This document shows, piece after piece, positions 59,974-60,516 of a stretch of 60,516 nucleotides of DNA. Made by a program: the position numbers and the translations under genes. The stretch covers positions 1 to 60,516 of the forward strand of contig CAJUDC010000001.1 in the NCBI GenBank assembly GCA_910584955.1, in the 5' to 3' direction. Under the pieces are notes generated by a model that did no database searches, was not told where the DNA came from, and was given only the letters and a program-made list of their open reading frames with translations. Numbering within the stretch: the first letter of the stretch is position 1; every line of letters starts with the position of its first letter. The stretch comes from an uncultured Paraprevotella sp. (lineage in GTDB: Bacteria > Bacteroidota > Bacteroidia > Bacteroidales > Bacteroidaceae).

Positions 59974-60516
59974 ATGGCAAGCAAACTGTGGGAGAAGAAC
60001 GTTGAAGTAAACAAAGAAATCGAACAATTCACCGTCGGACACGACCGTGAATTGGATTTATATTTAGCCGAACATGATATAATGGGATCTATGGCCCATA
60101 TCATCATGTTGGAATCCATTGGTCTATTGACACAAGAAGAACTAAAGACTCTGCTAACCGAACTGCGCCGAATACACGCAACAGCTATCAAGGGAGATTT
60201 CATCATTGAAGAAGGAGTTGAAGATGTACATTCACAAGTGGAATTGATGCTGACACGCAAACTTGGTGACATGGGCAAAAAGATCCACAGCGGACGATCA
60301 CGCAATGATCAGGTATTAGTAGATCTTAAATTGTTTACCCGCCATCAACTTAAAGAAGTAGCAATAGCAGTAAGAAGTTTATTCCATGAGTTGATTACAC
60401 AAAGCAATCGCTACAAAGATGTATTAATGCCCGGATATACTCATCTTCAAGTAGCAATGCCTTCCAGTTTCGGCTTATGGTTTGGTGCATACGCCGAAAG
60501 TCTGGTAGACGACATG
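59974..60516 (+). CDS. argH: Argininosuccinate lyase (5' part, runs off the window)
   Basis: Open frame MASKLWEK...EDVHSQVE...KIHSGRSRNDQV...MPGYTHLQVAMP; absent from the ORF track because it has no stop in the window. Confidence 0.95.
   Translation, partial: MASKLWEKNVEVNKEIEQFTVGHDRELDLYLAEHDIMGSMAHIIMLESIGLLTQEELKTLLTELRRIHATAIKGDFIIEEGVEDVHSQVELMLTRKLGDMGKKIHSGRSRNDQVLVDLKLFTRHQLKEVAIAVRSLFHELITQSNRYKDVLMPGYTHLQVAMPSSFGLWFGAYAESLVDDM

Noticed and set aside
59850..60305. 151-aa minus-strand ORF
   Set aside because: Antisense to argH, which occupies the plus strand.

Overview
Bacteroidales chromosome segment, probably Prevotellaceae-like (Bacteroidetes TAnnTTTG promoters, porG-uppS-bamA-ompH x3-murI operon, Prevotella-type C-terminal tail on a GH31). 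From left to right: two xylan-debranching GH43 genes (one a GH43-CBM48-CE1 fusion); a visibly AT-richer ~15 kb island (about 4.4-19.7 kb) next to a tyrosine integrase; then mostly ordinary genes (two RND efflux operons, rlpA, metY, GH31, AraC, GH20, GT4/GT4/GT2, the bamA operon, ribD, prmC, recX, comF-like, pyrE, partial argH). The island is the most interesting part. It holds one tightly coupled minus-strand operon: Zn-ribbon-FHA, kinase-FHA, a MotB/ExbD-like protein with a coiled coil and YfaP-like domain, a MotA/ExbB-like channel, an FHA-TM-trypsin protease, a possible inactive protease paralog, a membrane PP2C phosphatase, a receptor kinase, a secreted BACON protein, a second receptor kinase, a decayed kinase, a Zn-ribbon membrane protein and a decayed Zn-ribbon gene. 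It reads as a self-contained trans-envelope phospho-signalling system linked to an ion-motive stator-like pair and a periplasmic protease, with a decaying and probably variable distal end. It lacks the hallmark genes of Zorya, TerY-P, T6SS and ExbBD-TonB. All family calls come from motifs read by eye; no database searches were run.
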